Assembly: GCF_004010195.1 (NCBI RefSeq)
Contig: NC_057720.1
Span: 19,668,401-19,732,400 of the forward strand
Source of the DNA: Chiloscyllium plagiosum
Taxonomy: Eukaryota
Reading direction: 5' to 3'
Length of the DNA: 64,000 bases
The position numbers and the translations under genes were made by a program. Below, in pieces: positions 11,610-24,792 of the stretch. Below the pieces are notes generated by a model. That model was not told the DNA's origin. It made no database searches and worked only from the letters and a program-made list of their open reading frames with translations. The first letter of the stretch is position 1. Every line of letters starts with the position of its first letter.

Positions 11610-11944
11610 AGATTAGATTAGATTAGATTAGATTAGATTACTTACAGTGTGGAAACAGGCCCTTCGGCCCAACAAGTCCACACCGACCCGCCGAAGCGCA
11701 ACCCACCCATACCCCTACCTTTACCCCTTTAACCTAACACTACGGGCAATTCAGCATGGCCAATTCACCTGACCCGCACATCTTTGGACTGTGGGAGGAA
11801 ACCGGAGCACCCGGAGGAAACCCACGCAGACACGGGGAGAATGTGCAAACTCCACACAGTCAGTCGCCTGAGTCGGGAATTGAACCCGGGTCTACAGGCG
11901 CTGTGAGGCAGCAGTGCTAACCACTGGGCCACCGTGCCGCCCAC
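11610..11944 (-). mobile_element. tRNA-derived HE1/V-SINE-type SINE, full length
   Basis: A box GGTGGCCCAGTGG, B box GGTTCAATTCC, core GGGTTTCCTCCGGGTGCTCCGGTTTCCTCCCAC, (TAATC)n tail. Confidence 0.9.
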
Positions 11945-13085
11945 TATAGGTAACTATAGGAAGACATCTTTTGGAATTTCAGAAAAGCCCCATTTTTATC
12001 CCAAAAGGAACCTGATATTCCTCGTTTTCTCAAATAGACAAATGGGAGCCTCTTTCAATGTTTGACTGGATTATGCAAATGTTGCAGGCCCTGGAAAACA
12101 AGGACAATCAGAAGTGAGTGTGGACTGACAAGTGTCCATTTGCACCACAGTTTTGATAAGATTTGTGTCCCAACTGGAAATGCAGACGAGTTGTGACGAT
12201 TTTTAAAGCTCCTTGCTCAGGCTTTTCAGGGAGGGTGGTGGTTCAAATAAAATTTAGTGGGCTGCCTATTGCCACCTCCTCCTCACCTCTGACCTGTCCC
12301 CAGGAGTCAGCCAGCCAGCCTGCCTGAGGCTCATTGAGGTCCTTAATTAAGCAATTAGCAGCCACTGAAAAGGCTCATCCCACATCCTGTATCTGTTTTC
12401 AGTCTGTAGGCGAAGACTGAAGGACAACGACTAGTTTGGCAGCTTTCCCTGAAGGGCTTGCTGGTGAGGGGACACCTCCTCCCGAGGGACCCCCCCTCCC
12501 CGACTCCTCTCCTTGGCCCTCCCACTCTCCAACCTGACACCACCACACTCAGCAACCCCCTTTCACACCCTGAGGTTAACCAGCCACTCAAAATCCCTGG
12601 AAGTCCAGTTCCGATCCTGTCTTCTGGAGGACAATTCCCTGGAAATCCAGTCTCCATCCTGTTTTCTGGAGGATGGCCTGTAGGTCCACCAGAATCACGG
12701 AATTCCTGTGGTGCAGAAAGAAATCATTCAATCCACTGGCTCTTCAAATGAGCCTTGTTTATTTATGCCATTCCCCTGATTCAATCCCAAATCCCTGACA
12801 ACTATTTCTATCCAAATAACCATCCAATGCCCTCTCAAATGCATCACTTGAATCTGCCTCCATCTAATTTATGGGCACTGCATTCAAACCCTAACTACAT
12901 ACTGAGTGAAAACATTTTATTTTCCTTGCATCATTCCTGCTTCTTTGCAAATCACTTAAAATGTATTCCATATTGTTTTTTGTTCCTTTTACGTTCTCCC
13001 CATCTACTCTATCCAGATCGCTCATCATTTTGAAAATCACTTTCAAATCTCCTCTCTAAGCAGGACATTCCCATCTTCCTCAGTC

Positions 13086-13570
13086 TTGGCTCAGTGGTTA
13101 GCACTGCTGCCTCACAGTGCAGGGACCTGGGTTCAATTCCACCCTTGGGCAACTGTCTGTGTAGAGTTTGCACATCATCTTATATGTAGTTAGGGTATGG
13201 AATGCAGTGCCCATAAATTAGGTGGAGGCAGGTTCAAGTGGTGCAATTGAGAGGGCATTGGATGGTTATTTGGATAGAAATAGTTGTCAGGGATTTGGGG
13301 TTGAATCAGGGGAATGGCATAAATAAACAATTATCCCCCTGTTGATGTGGGTTTCTGCAGGGTGTTCTGGTTTCCTCCCACAGTCCAAAGGTTATGCGGA
13401 TTGTCAATGCTAAATTGCCCATAGTAAATCGTGATGAGCAGGTTCGGTGCCTTAGCCATGGGGAAATGCAGGGTTACAGGGAAATGAGTCTGAGTGGGAT
13501 GCTCTTCAGAGAGTTGATGTGGATTTGTTGGGCTGAATGACCTGTCTCCATGTTGTAGGGATTCTGTGAA
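13086..13570 (+). mobile_element. HE1-type SINE interrupted by a 148-bp inverted copy of local sequence
   Basis: TGGCTCAGTGGTTAGC...GGTTCAATTCC head. The SINE body resumes at about 13335. Confidence 0.8.
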
Positions 13571-14142
13571 CTACAGTTCCTCATTCCTTTTCATAAATTA
13601 CTTCTACATTCTCTCCAATGCATTCACATCTTTGCTACAATGTGGTGTCCAAAACTGTAACCAATTCTTCAGCTGAGATCTCACAAGTATTGTCTACAAG
13701 TTTAATACCACCTTTTTGCTTTTCTACTCTATGCCCCTATTAATAAAGCTGGGGATATTGTATGCTTTATTAGCTACATTCTCCACCTGTCCTGCCACCT
13801 TTAATCATCTGTACACCTATACACCCAGGTCCATCTGCTCCTGCACCCTCTTTAGAATTATATCCCCTATTTTTTATTGTTGTTCATTGTTCTTTCTACC
13901 AAAGTGCATACCTCTCACTTCTCTGCATTGAATCTTAACTGCCACCAATTTGTCGATTTTCTTTTGGGGTTCCACACTGTCCTCCTCATAGCTTACAATT
14001 AGTTCAAGCCCTGCATCATCTGCAAAATTGTTCCCTATACCCCAAGATCCAGCTCATTAATATATGTCAGGAAAGACGAGGGTCTCAATACTGACCCCTG
14101 GGCAACTCCTCTTCAATTGTTCTTTCCACCTGAAAAATACCA

Positions 14143-14542
14143 TTGTTGCCAGGGTCGGAGGATTTGAGCTATAGGGAGAGGCTGAACAGGCTGGGGCTGT
14201 TTTCCCTGGAGCGTCGGAAGCTGAAGGGTGACCTCTTAGAGGTTTACAAAATTATGAGGGGCATGGATAGGATAAATAGACAAAGTCTTTTCCCTGGGGT
14301 CGGGGAGTCCAGAACAAGAGGGCATAGATTTATGGTGAGAGGGGAAAGATATAAAAGAGACCTAAGGGGCAACGTTTTCACGCAGAGGTATGGAATGAAC
14401 TGCCAGAGGGAGTGGTGGAGGCTGGTACAATTGCAACATTTAAGAGGCATTTGGATGGGTATATGAATATCTGGTTGGCATGGACGGGTTGGACTGAAGG
14501 GTCTGTTTCCATGCTGTACATCTCTATGATTCTATGACTCTA
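14143..14542 (+). mobile_element. CR1-type LINE 3' fragment
   Basis: LSYRERLNRLGLFSLERRKLKGDL...SRTRGH, with tail ATGATTCTATGACTCTAT. Confidence 0.9.
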
Positions 14543-15127
14543 TTACTCTCTGTTTCCTGTCATTCAATCACTTTTGTATTCACTCTGCCACTGTCCCTTT
14601 TATACTTGCCCTTTAACAAGTCTGTTGTGTGGCACTGTATTAAACACTTGCTGGCAATACTTGTATACTGCATCAGTAGCATTATCCTCACCAAGCCTTT
14701 CAGCTACTTCTTCAAAAAAATCTCCAGTGAGTTGATTAAACATGTTTGCCCCTTTAGAAATCTATGCTGACTCTTCCTAATCCATGTGACTACTATTTCC
14801 ATCATTTTCCACATGACTACCAATTCTATCCCAAATAATTGTTTCTAGAAGTTTCCCACCACCGAGAGCTATCAGTTAACAATGGGCATTAGCTCATGGT
14901 CATAAAGTGTGGTGCTGGAAAAACACAGCTGGTCAGGCAGCATCCAAGGAGTAGGCGAGTCGACGTTTCGAGCATACACTTTTCATCAGGAATGTCATTA
15001 GCTCAGGGTGCAGCTTGGGTAATCTGTCTCCTTGATAAATAAACCCCTTAATTTAGAATCATTCTATGCCCAAACTCATTACATTTGCAATAAGAGAGCA
15101 ATTTTAATTTTTGCATTTCTTTTTCAG

Positions 15128-15172
15128 ATCCTCAGTGGTACCCAGCGAGACAGTCCATAAGATTAGACCCCA
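15128..15172 (+). CDS. TECR: TECR-family exon 3 (45 nt)
   Basis: ttcag|YPQWYPARQSIRLDP|gtaagt. Confidence 0.95.
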
Positions 15173-17649
15173 GTAAGTACCTTTTTGCTTAAGTAACTTT
15201 TTAAAAATGACATTTGCAATATTAATTTAGATATGGATAATAAACTAACAAAAAAGGCACTTAAATGTAAGCATTAACAAGAGTTATTTATACGAAACAA
15301 AGTAACATGCTGACCTTTCAAATAAAGAAAGATCATAAATTCAAATTAATTTTCAAAAAGCCAAATTTCCTCAGCAGTTTTCCTTTGTTTTTGCCCGTCA
15401 TTTGGACTGTTTCGAGCAAATAAGGCAGATGTTTGTTTTTAGTACCTTGACTGATTTCAAATAAACTTGGGTCAAGAGAATGACAGACCTGCAACTTCCA
15501 TAATCTCAAGGACATCTCAAGAGCTTTCCATCCAATTCGAGTACTTTTGTTTTTGGTGCCCAATGTTGTAAGGTAAGATCTGTGACAACCAATTTGCAAG
15601 CAGCAAAGTCCCAATAGGCAGCTAATGACTGGAGATACATGAGAAGGGAGTATTCTTTTACAACAAAACTCTCCAAAGGAGATTGGCTTCACAATTTGCA
15701 GGAAAAGCTTGGAATGAAAGATCGCATTGAAGGGATGTCAGCACAGAGCCAGTGAACCTTTCATATCACCATGTACTGGTGTAAGACTAGAACTGTTACT
15801 TGTGTTCTCCAGCTATTCAGTATTTTGAGTTTATAAGAATGCTCAACAATAACTTACAAAAGGAAATGGAATAGCTGGCTGAAAAGGGGGGAGAAAATAC
15901 CATGGCTATGGGGAAAGTGGGATTTTTCTTACAAGGTGCAGACACAAGTACGATGGGTTGGAATGGTTTGTTTCCGCATTGTGTAATTCTGTGTACATCA
16001 CCCTTAATGGTACTGATTGGAGGGGCGTTGGCTTCTGTACCATTTCTAACTGGGTTAATTTAATTGATATATAAACATCAAATGTACAATCTTTTATCGA
16101 GAGCAGGATCTTATTCCATTGATTGAATAAGATCAGTGCTGTTCTGACTGCAACCTCAAGTTCACATTAGTATGGTTCTAAATGTACGATCCCTAGATTT
16201 TTAAACAGTGACCCTTAGATGTAGATTCTCCCATAAGAGAAAACATTTATCCTGTCCAGACCTCTCAGAATTTTATTCATTTCCAATATATCTCCTCTTA
16301 CCCTAATAAACATTAAACTTTTCCTGATGAGACAACCTGTCCATTCCAGGTCTTAATTTATTAAAGAAAAACTGAAAATGCTGGAGAAACTCAATAGGTC
16401 TGGCAGTGACTGTGGAGAGTGAGACATCGTTAAAGTTTCAGATCCAGTCACTCTCCTTCAGAAAATTTTCTTTTTTTTCCTAATTAGTTCAGTAAACCTT
16501 CCCTGAATTACATTTGCATTTCCATCTTTCCTTAAGTAAACTGACTAGTCCTATACACAGTACCCTGGTTGTGTTCTCGCCAGTGTGTATAATTGAAGCA
16601 TGACCTCTCCTACCTTTGTTTCAATTCCCCTCCCAATAAATGATAACAATATAGTGTATAATACAATACATGAACAGGCCCTGTGCCGATTCCTAGTCCT
16701 TATTTAGACCCACTAATTATTGCCCTCTGTCCACCTCCTGTTTGCGTGTCTAATGTTCTATGAGCTTTCCTAATTACTTGCTGTACCTGCATACCAACCT
16801 TATGTATTGTTATACACGTTTTGCATGGGGACTGAAGAAATGGGAGTAGGAGTAAACCACTTGGTCCCTGAGCCTGCTCCGTCCGTCATAAAATCATGGC
16901 TGATTTAATTGTGGCCCTAACCCTACTTTCTTGCCTAACCCCCATAGCTCATGACTTCAGTATAGATCAAAGATCGATCTATCTGTTTCTTGAATGGCAA
17001 CATTCAATGGCGTGCAGAACTACAAAGATTAATGACTCTCTGAGTGAGAAAAGAAGCCCTCCACATTTGAATTGTTGAAGTTACCGATGCAATTTGAACA
17101 ACGGGATCTTCACTGTGGCCTAGGCCACCTCTTTCATCAACAATTCAATTTTGTTTTTAAAATTCGCAGAGCGTGAAGGGATTGAATGCAGCTCTCTACT
17201 GACTCTCAAATACCACCCACTGTTTATCTACCTTAATAGTCCTGGAATTTCCAGAATGCTTCCTGCTGAAAGAATCTGCTGACAGGGGCATGTGAGGCGC
17301 CTGGTGGATGTGATACTGAGGTTCTGGTCACTGTCCTGAAACAAATACGGATTGAGTTGCAACACAGTTGACCACCCACTTTGATCAAATTGTATGCAGC
17401 AAAGAAACCACTGCAGTGAAATACTCCAGGGCTCAGGTTGTGGCCTGCTGACTACTAGGGACCTTCATGCTTTCTCCTGGAAAAGCATGTCTAAATGCCT
17501 GTTTATTTGCAAGTCTTAACAGTGAGTAACAGCAGCCAATTTGACTGAAGGAACGTCATAGTTGTCCTCATGTATATACAGTGTTATATGTGCACAATAT
17601 ATATGTGTATGCATAAATATATACATACATCCATTATGCTTCATTGGGA

Positions 17650-18560
17650 AGGCATTGGCCTAGTGGTATTATCGCTAGAATATTAATTCAGGAAGACTGG
17701 GTGCCTCCTAGCAGAGCGCTTTAGGGAACATCTCCGAGACACCCGCACCAATCAATCCTTATTTCCCCTTCCCCCACCTCATCCTAGTTTCAAACTTGCA
17801 GTGCCCTTGACTTGTCCGGACTTGTCCGACCTGCCTAGCTCCTTTTCCACCTATCCACTCCACCCTCTCCTCCCTGACCTATCACCTTCATCTCCTCCCC
17901 CGCTCACCCATTGTACTCTATGCTACTCTCTCCCCACCCCCACTCCCCTCTCACTTATCTCTCCATCCTTCAGGCTCTCTGCCTTTATTCCTGATGAAGG
18001 GCTTTTGCCCGAAAGGTCGATTTCGCTGCTTGTTGGAAGCTGCCTGAACTGCTGTGCTCTCCCAGCACCACTAATCCAGAATCTGGTTTCCAGCATCTGC
18101 AGTCATTGTTTTTGCCTTATTAATTCAGGAACCCAGGTAACATTCTGGGGAAAAACCGAAAGAACTGCAGAGGCTGTCAATCGGAAAAAAAAACAGACGT
18201 TGCTGGAAAAGCTCAGCAGGTCTGGCAGCATCTGTGAAGAGAAATCAGTGTTACTGTTTCTGGTCTGGTAACCTGGGGATCTTCTGAGGAAGGATCACCT
18301 GAGTTCAAATCCCAGATGGTGAAATTGAATTCAGTAAAAGTCTATAATTAAGAGTCTAGTGATGACCATGAAAACATTGCTGATTGTTGGAAAAACCCAT
18401 CAATAATGTCCTTTAGGGAAGGAACTGCTATCCTTACCTGGTCTGGCCTACATGTGACTCCAGACTCTCAGCAATGTGGTTGATTCTTAACTACCCTCTG
18501 GGTAATTAGGGATAGGCATAAAATGCTGGCCTTGCCAATGACACCCATGACAGAATGTTA
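17650..18560 (+). mobile_element. Deu-domain SINE (SacSINE1-like) with nested Penelope-like inserts
   Basis: tRNA-like head TGGCCTAGTGG...GTTCAAATCC and core CCTTACCTGGTCTGGCCTACATGTGACTCCAGA. The PLE at 17695-18117 is flanked by TSD TATTAATTCAGGAA. Confidence 0.7.
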
Positions 18561-19420
18561 AAAAAAATTGCTCCCTCCCTGGATCACGGACACTGATCCC
18601 AATTGTAATGTTATGACTACAGGGGCGCAGGTCAGCGATTGGAGTGTGTGGTGTTCTTGCTGTGTTTTGCTGAATGAAAACAGAGACATCAGGATGGCAG
18701 AGGGAGCTTGGTTAGTTGCCTTTCCCCCAGATTGTTTTGGAAAGAAGCCATCTGGTTCGAGAGCAGCTGAGGAGGAACCTTAGCTCATTGAGGGCAGACC
18801 AAATCTCTGAAAGAAATGCAGAATGAAAGAGACATATCTTGCATTTTTCACACTGACTCAAAGTGCTTTGCAGCCAATGAAATAATTTCTCATCTTGTTG
18901 CAATGTAGGAAAGGCAGTTGGCAATTTGTGCACGGCAAGATCCCACAAATGGCGAGATAGTGATGATCAGATAACCTGTTTGATCGTTGAGAGATAAATA
19001 TTGACTGGAACAATGGACAGAGTGATATTTTTATAACCACCACAATAGGGATAGAGAAACCTTCGTTGAATTTTTCATCAGAAAAAAAAGTACTTGTGAC
19101 AGTTCAGCACTCCCTCAATACTACACTAGATTAATGTTCCTCAGAGCAGATTATGTGATATGCCTTTAAGATAATGTCATCACCGTACCATGACCTGATT
19201 TAATGGTATAGAACTCTCTGTCTCCATCTTACTGAATCCACTTGTAGCATGACACAGTGAAGGGTATATGCTACAGTACCTCTGGATTGCTTAGCTTTAA
19301 CTCCGACCTCTCTCATACCTCTGATGACAGTGTCCATATGTACAGATACCAGGAAGATGTTAAGCATTCATTGAATTCTGCAGTATTACATGACCCACAT
19401 CTAATTCACAAGTCTTGATA

Positions 19421-21121
19421 ACTAACTTAAGTCTTTCAACATATTGTTTGAAGATCACTCGCTATCACATCACTACTGAAATACCTGGACTTGTACCTAC
19501 AGCTTTCTGACTGAGTGGCAAGGATGCTCATATCTGAGCCACAGCTGACAAAATAGGAGAAAGTGAGGACTGCAGATGCTGGAGATCAGAGTCAACACGT
19601 GTGGCGCTGGAAAAGCACTGCAGGTCAGGCAGCATCCGAGGAGCAGGAGAATCGACCTTTCGGGCATAAGCCCTTCATTTCTCCCTGGACCTGCAAAGGA
19701 CGTCTGGTGTTCTTCATCCTGAGAAGAATCCAAACACTCAACAAACGCTTTTTCTCCAACTTATCGGACATCAGCTGACACAATAGCCACAAAGTGTACA
19801 TTTAATATTGCACTCTTCTGGCTCTTTTCCAAATACTTTTAAGATGTTTTTCTCCCTTTTTGTTTTGAAATATTTATCCACTAAAAATCCCTCTGCATGT
19901 ATCACACTTTCTGCTTGGACCTGCTGTGCTGTGCGAACCTTCAGGAGAAGTGCAGGTGCCTCACAAAATGTGCTCAGCTGCCTTCATGCCTGGTTCTGTG
20001 GGTTAACACCAGACACCATTGTGTGGTATGTGGTTTATCACTCAGCTGGACTGTGTTTGCTACAGTCTTGACAGAGTTAGCATGGCAGAGGAATGAGGAA
20101 CATTTGAAGGTTGTATTAGAAACTGTTTTTGGTCACGTATGTCAGATGGCCCATTTCCTACAGAGTGTTCTGTGTGGTCCAACAGAGAAATGCACTCCGT
20201 TATAAATCAGAATTTCTTTCCTTCCTTGTGTGGCTATTGTGTCAGCTGATGTCCGATAAGCTGGTGAAAAAGTGTTTGTTGAGTGTTTGGATTCTTCTCA
20301 GGATGAAGAACAGCAAAGGTCCTTTGCAGGTCCAGGGAGAGATGAAGGGCTTATGCCCGAAACATCGATTCTCCTGCTCCTCGGATGCTGCCTGTTCGGC
20401 TGTACTTTTCCAGTTGTACTTTTCAACTCTGATCTCCAGCATCTGCAGTCCTCACTTTCTCCTATTGTGACAGCTGTGGCTCAGATATGAGCATCCTTGC
20501 CACTCAGTCAGAAAGCTGGAGGCTCAAGTCCAGGTACTTCAGTATTGATGTGATAGCGAGTGATCTTCAAGTAATATAGAGTCATGGAGATGTACAGCAC
20601 GGAAACAGACTCTTCAATACAACCCGTCCATGCCGACCAGATATCCCAACCCAATCTAGTCCCACCTGCCAGCACCTGGCCATATCCCTCCAAACCCTTC
20701 CTATTCATATACCCATCCAAATGCCTCTTAAATGTTGCAATTGTACCAGCCTCCACCACTTCCTCTGGCAGCTCATTCCATACATGTACCACCCGCTGTG
20801 TGAAAAAGTTGCACCTTAGGTCACTTTTATATCTTTCCCCTCTCACTCTACACCTATGTCCTCTAGTTTTGGACTCCTACACCCCAGGGAAAAGACTTTG
20901 TCTATTTATCCTATCCATGCCCCTCATAATTTTGTAAACCTCTATAAGGTCACCCCTCAGCCTCTGCTCCAAGGAAAACAGCCCCAGCCTGTTCAGTCTC
21001 TTCCTGTAGCTCAAATCCTCCAGCCCTGGTAACATCCTTGGAAATCTTTTCTGAACCCTTTCAACTTTCACAACATCTTTCCGATAGGAAGGAGATCAGA
21101 ATGTTGAAAGACTTAAGTTAG
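19421..21121. repeat. Long inverted repeat, arms about 19421-19793 and 20226-20577 plus 21101-21121
   Basis: Direct reverse-complement match of the arms. The right arm is split by a CR1 insertion. Confidence 0.9.
20578..21100 (-). mobile_element. CR1-type LINE 3' fragment
   Basis: ORFs 20508..20846 and 20877..21071 encode the CR1 ORF2 C-terminus. Confidence 0.9.
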
Positions 21122-21795
21122 CAATGTTTTTGTCACGTGTGGATTAAACATTATCCTCGGAGTGTCGTTCTTGACATGTTGTAGTGTTCTGATGAGTTGG
21201 ATTGGGTCCTAATGCTTACTTTAAGTGTGAGCTTTTACAGTGGGTACTGGCAGCCAAACCCGTCATGAGGAGGAACTCGATCCTGTCTTTGATCAAAGTC
21301 CAACTGTACAGCTCCTAATGAATCGTGAACCCAAGCAGGCCTTTCCTTAACCTGAGCATTGAGATCTGTGAACTCTACACAGAGCAGAGCAGAACCTATT
21401 ACTTTGGGGATAAACTTAGGGTGGAGCTCAAATACAATTTAAATTTCTTTACTCAGTCCATGTGTACATTAAATCTAAACCCCCTGTAAAGCCTAATAGT
21501 GTCATAGAGTCATACAGCATGGAAACAGACTCTTTAGTCCAAGCAGTCCATGCCAACAATGTTCCGAAACTAAACATAGCACAATATCAGTTTTATTCTG
21601 ATATTCAAACAGAACAGGATGAAGACAGTAAAGTGAGTTTGGACTCTGTTTCCCCCACACTAGAACCTGCGTGCGGATGAGCTAAGTTGCTGCAAGTGAT
21701 TATTCAGAATAGGTTCAGTTTGGTTTCCCTTCAGTATATGAGGCTTTTCTCCATAAAGACTGACCACCTCTTCCTGATGTCGTTTCATTCTCCAG

Positions 21796-21899
21796 AGGGA
21801 AAGTGTGTACGCGATGAAGAGATTCTACAAACGCTCCCCGTTGGCACAACTGCTACCTTCTACTTCAAAGATTTGGGTCCTCAAGTGGGATGGACCACG
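21796..21899 (+). CDS. TECR: TECR-family exon 4 (104 nt)
   Basis: ccag|KGKCVRDEEILQTLPVGTTATFYFKDLGPQVGWTT|gtgagt. Confidence 0.95.
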
Positions 21900-22104
21900 G
21901 TGAGTGTTCCTATGGTTTGATCTAACGTGTATGGGGTGAGAGGGAGTAGGGAGCTGGCGAATGGGAAGGGTAGAAATATGGGACAGTGGGGATGGAACAG
22001 ACTGACGGAGAGAGACAGGAGCATGGCAAGAAGCACACAGTGTGGGAGATGAACAACTGGCTCAGGTCAGGAATTTGAGGGGTGCGGGTAGGCAGTGGAT
22101 GTGA

Positions 22105-22705
22105 TAGGGATGTCCTAAAACTGTACAAGGCACCAGTCAGATCACAGCTGGATTACTGTCAACAGGTTTGGGCTCATTAATCTCAGGAAAGATCCTGGCG
22201 TTAGAGGCAGTCCAGGGAATGTTCGCTCGGCTGATACCAGGTTTGGAGGGACTGTCTTCTGAGGAGAAGTTGAATCGACTTGGCCTGAGGAGAAGTTGAA
22301 TCGACTTGGCCTGCACTTGGTGGAGTTTAGAAGAGTGGGAGTCAAACCGGTTGAAACACACAGGATTCCTATGGGTTTGATGGGTTAAAAGTGGAGAGGT
22401 TGTTTGTGGGAGAGACCAGGACTAGAGGGAATAATCTCAGAATGAGAGGTCGCATGTTTAAGACAGAGATGCGGAGGAATTTCTTCTCTCCTCTCGAAGG
22501 AATGCTTTACTACGGTGGGCTGTCAAGGCTGGGTTATTGAGTACATCCAAGGCTGAGATAGACAGAATTTTATGCAGTAACATAATAAAGGGTTCTAAGG
22601 TAAAGGCAGGAAAGTGGATTGGAGCATGATTAGACCATCCATGATCTTATTGGAGCAGACTCGATGGGCTGAATGGCCTGTTGTCGTCTTATGAGCTTCT
22701 GTTCC
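22105..22705 (+). mobile_element. Degenerate CR1/L2 LINE 3' fragment
   Basis: Decayed LYKA.VR..LDYC.Q and LE.VQ..F.RLIPG motifs, plus GGGCTGAATGGCCT 3' motif. Confidence 0.7.
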
Positions 22706-23636
22706 TGCCCAACAGGAAGTAGAGCAGTTCCTTTGTCCAGCAGGAACATTAACGGGCTTTGTGTACAGGAGTATCTTTCCTCGCTGACACGAATCATGGA
22801 TTTGGACAAAATGCCAGCAAAAGAAAAAAAAATCTTTGGCTGAAGATCCAGACTTGAAAAGGTGGTGCAAGTTGATTCCATGAACCATTTTAAAAAGGCT
22901 GTGTATATGAGCGATGCCACCACTAGGTGGAGCATTGCAGCCCATAAGTATGAAAGGTGAGAGACTGGGGAGGCAGTGTCACTGGGCTTGTAATCTTGAT
23001 CCCAGGATGACTCCTGGTGACCATTCGACTAGCTTGTTATTGAATAACAATTGTCCTTTAATAGGGAAGGAAATCTGCTGTCCTTACCTGGTCTGATATA
23101 TATGTGACTCCAGACCTATAGCAATGTGGTTAACTCTGAACAGCCTTTTAAGCAAATAGAGATTGACTAGTGCACATTCTGTAAGTGCAAAGGTCGCGTC
23201 TAGTTGAATGTGGAAAAAATAGTCATGTTGAAATTCATTCCAATCGGGAATTTTTTTTTTAATGTTAACTTTTAAACCAGTTGTAATATCCAGGAAAATA
23301 CAACAATAATTGCACAATTCTTTGCAATTGGTGCTCCTGGTGACTGATAACTAGCCTGGTCTATGTACAAGTGCAGTACCTGACAATTAATCATAACTGC
23401 CCTTTAGGCAATTAGGGATGGGCAATAAATGCTGGTCCAGTGAGCAACACCCTTGTCCCGTGAATTAATAAAAACAAAGTCAGCCATCTGTTCATTGAAA
23501 CCAGGGTCTCTCCAATCAAAAACAAAATGTACAGACTGATTATAACTGCTGTTGTGCTTTCTTGTCTAGCGAGTTCACCATTTAGTGCCAGACCAGTGTG
23601 ATGTCACTGGGATAATGCAGGTGGATCATGCTGGCC

Positions 23637-23778
23637 ATAGAGATGTACAGCACGGAAACAGACCCTTCGGTCCAACCTGTCCATGCTGACCAGATATTCC
23701 AACCCAATCTAGTCCCACCTGCCAGCACCCGGCCCATATCCCTCCAAACCCTTCCTATTCATATACCCATCCAAATGC
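23637..23778 (-). mobile_element. CR1 3' end running into a gap
   Basis: Same 3' terminus as the other CR1 copies (GATGTACAGCACGGAAACAGACCCTTCGG). Confidence 0.8.
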
Positions 23779-24502
23779 NNNNNNNNNNNNNNNNNNNNNN
23801 NNNNNNNNNNNNNNNNNNNNNNNNNNNNNNNNNNNNNNNNNNNNNNNNNNNNNNNNNNNNNNNNNNNNNNNNNNNNNNNNNNNNNNNNNNNNNNNNNNNN
23901 NNNNNNNNNNNNNNNNNNNNNNNNNNNNNNNNNNNNNNNNNNNNNNNNNNNNNNNNNNNNNNNNNNNNNNNNNNNNNNNNNNNNNNNNNNNNNNNNNNNN
24001 NNNNNNNNNNNNNNNNNNNNNNNNNNNNNNNNNNNNNNNNNNNNNNNNNNNNNNNNNNNNNNNNNNNNNNNNNNNNNNNNNNNNNNNNNNNNNNNNNNNN
24101 NNNNNNNNNNNNNNNNNNNNNNNNNNNNNNNNNNNNNNNNNNNNNNNNNNNNNNNNNNNNNNNNNNNNNNNNNNNNNNNNNNNNNNNNNNNNNNNNNNNN
24201 NNNNNNNNNNNNNNNNNNNNNNNNNNNNNNNNNNNNNNNNNNNNNNNNNNNNNNNNNNNNNNNNNNNNNNNNNNNNNNNNNNNNNNNNNNNNNNNNNNNN
24301 NNNNNNNNNNNNNNNNNNNNNNNNNNNNNNNNNNNNNNNNNNNNNNNNNNNNNNNNNNNNNNNNNNNNNNNNNNNNNNNNNNNNNNNNNNNNNNNNNNNN
24401 NNNNNNNNNNNNNNNNNNNNNNNNNNNNNNNNNNNNNNNNNNNNNNNNNNNNNNNNNNNNNNNNNNNNNNNNNNNNNNNNNNNNNNNNNNNNNNNNNNNN
24501 NN

Positions 24503-24792
24503 AAAAAAAGGGTTTTGTGATTTACACATGAAAGAAGTGAAACTATCACTGTATTCTAACAGATGAAAGGCTTAACAGACAATCAATTTTTCAATGTATA
24601 ATTTCAGTTACATCACACTATAAAGTTTTGCTATAAATTCTGTCTGTTAGGATTGAGCCCTCCAGTACCACCTGATGTAGGAGCGTCGCTCCGAAAGCTA
24701 GTGTGCTTCCAATTAAACCTGTTGGACTATAACCTGGTGTTGTGTGATTTTTAACTTTGTACACCCCAGTCCAACACCAGCATCTCCAAATC
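24503..24792 (+). mobile_element. Penelope-like terminal region
   Basis: Homologous to 5580-5895, with a hammerhead-like motif at 24669-24703. Confidence 0.7.

Noticed and set aside
11610..11640. (GATTA)n array as a CRISPR-like or telomeric repeat
   Set aside because: It is the microsatellite tail of the SINE and has no spacers.
11880..11944. tRNA-like A/B boxes as a tRNA gene
   Set aside because: This is the head of a SINE, followed by the SINE core and tail.
12355..12751. Overlapping Pro/Gly-rich ORFs of about 100 aa
   Set aside because: No recognisable domain or splice context; GC-rich, repeat-like intronic DNA.
23628..24566. Long ORFs of 256-312 aa
   Set aside because: They are runs of N translated as X. 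The same applies to ORFs over the other gaps.
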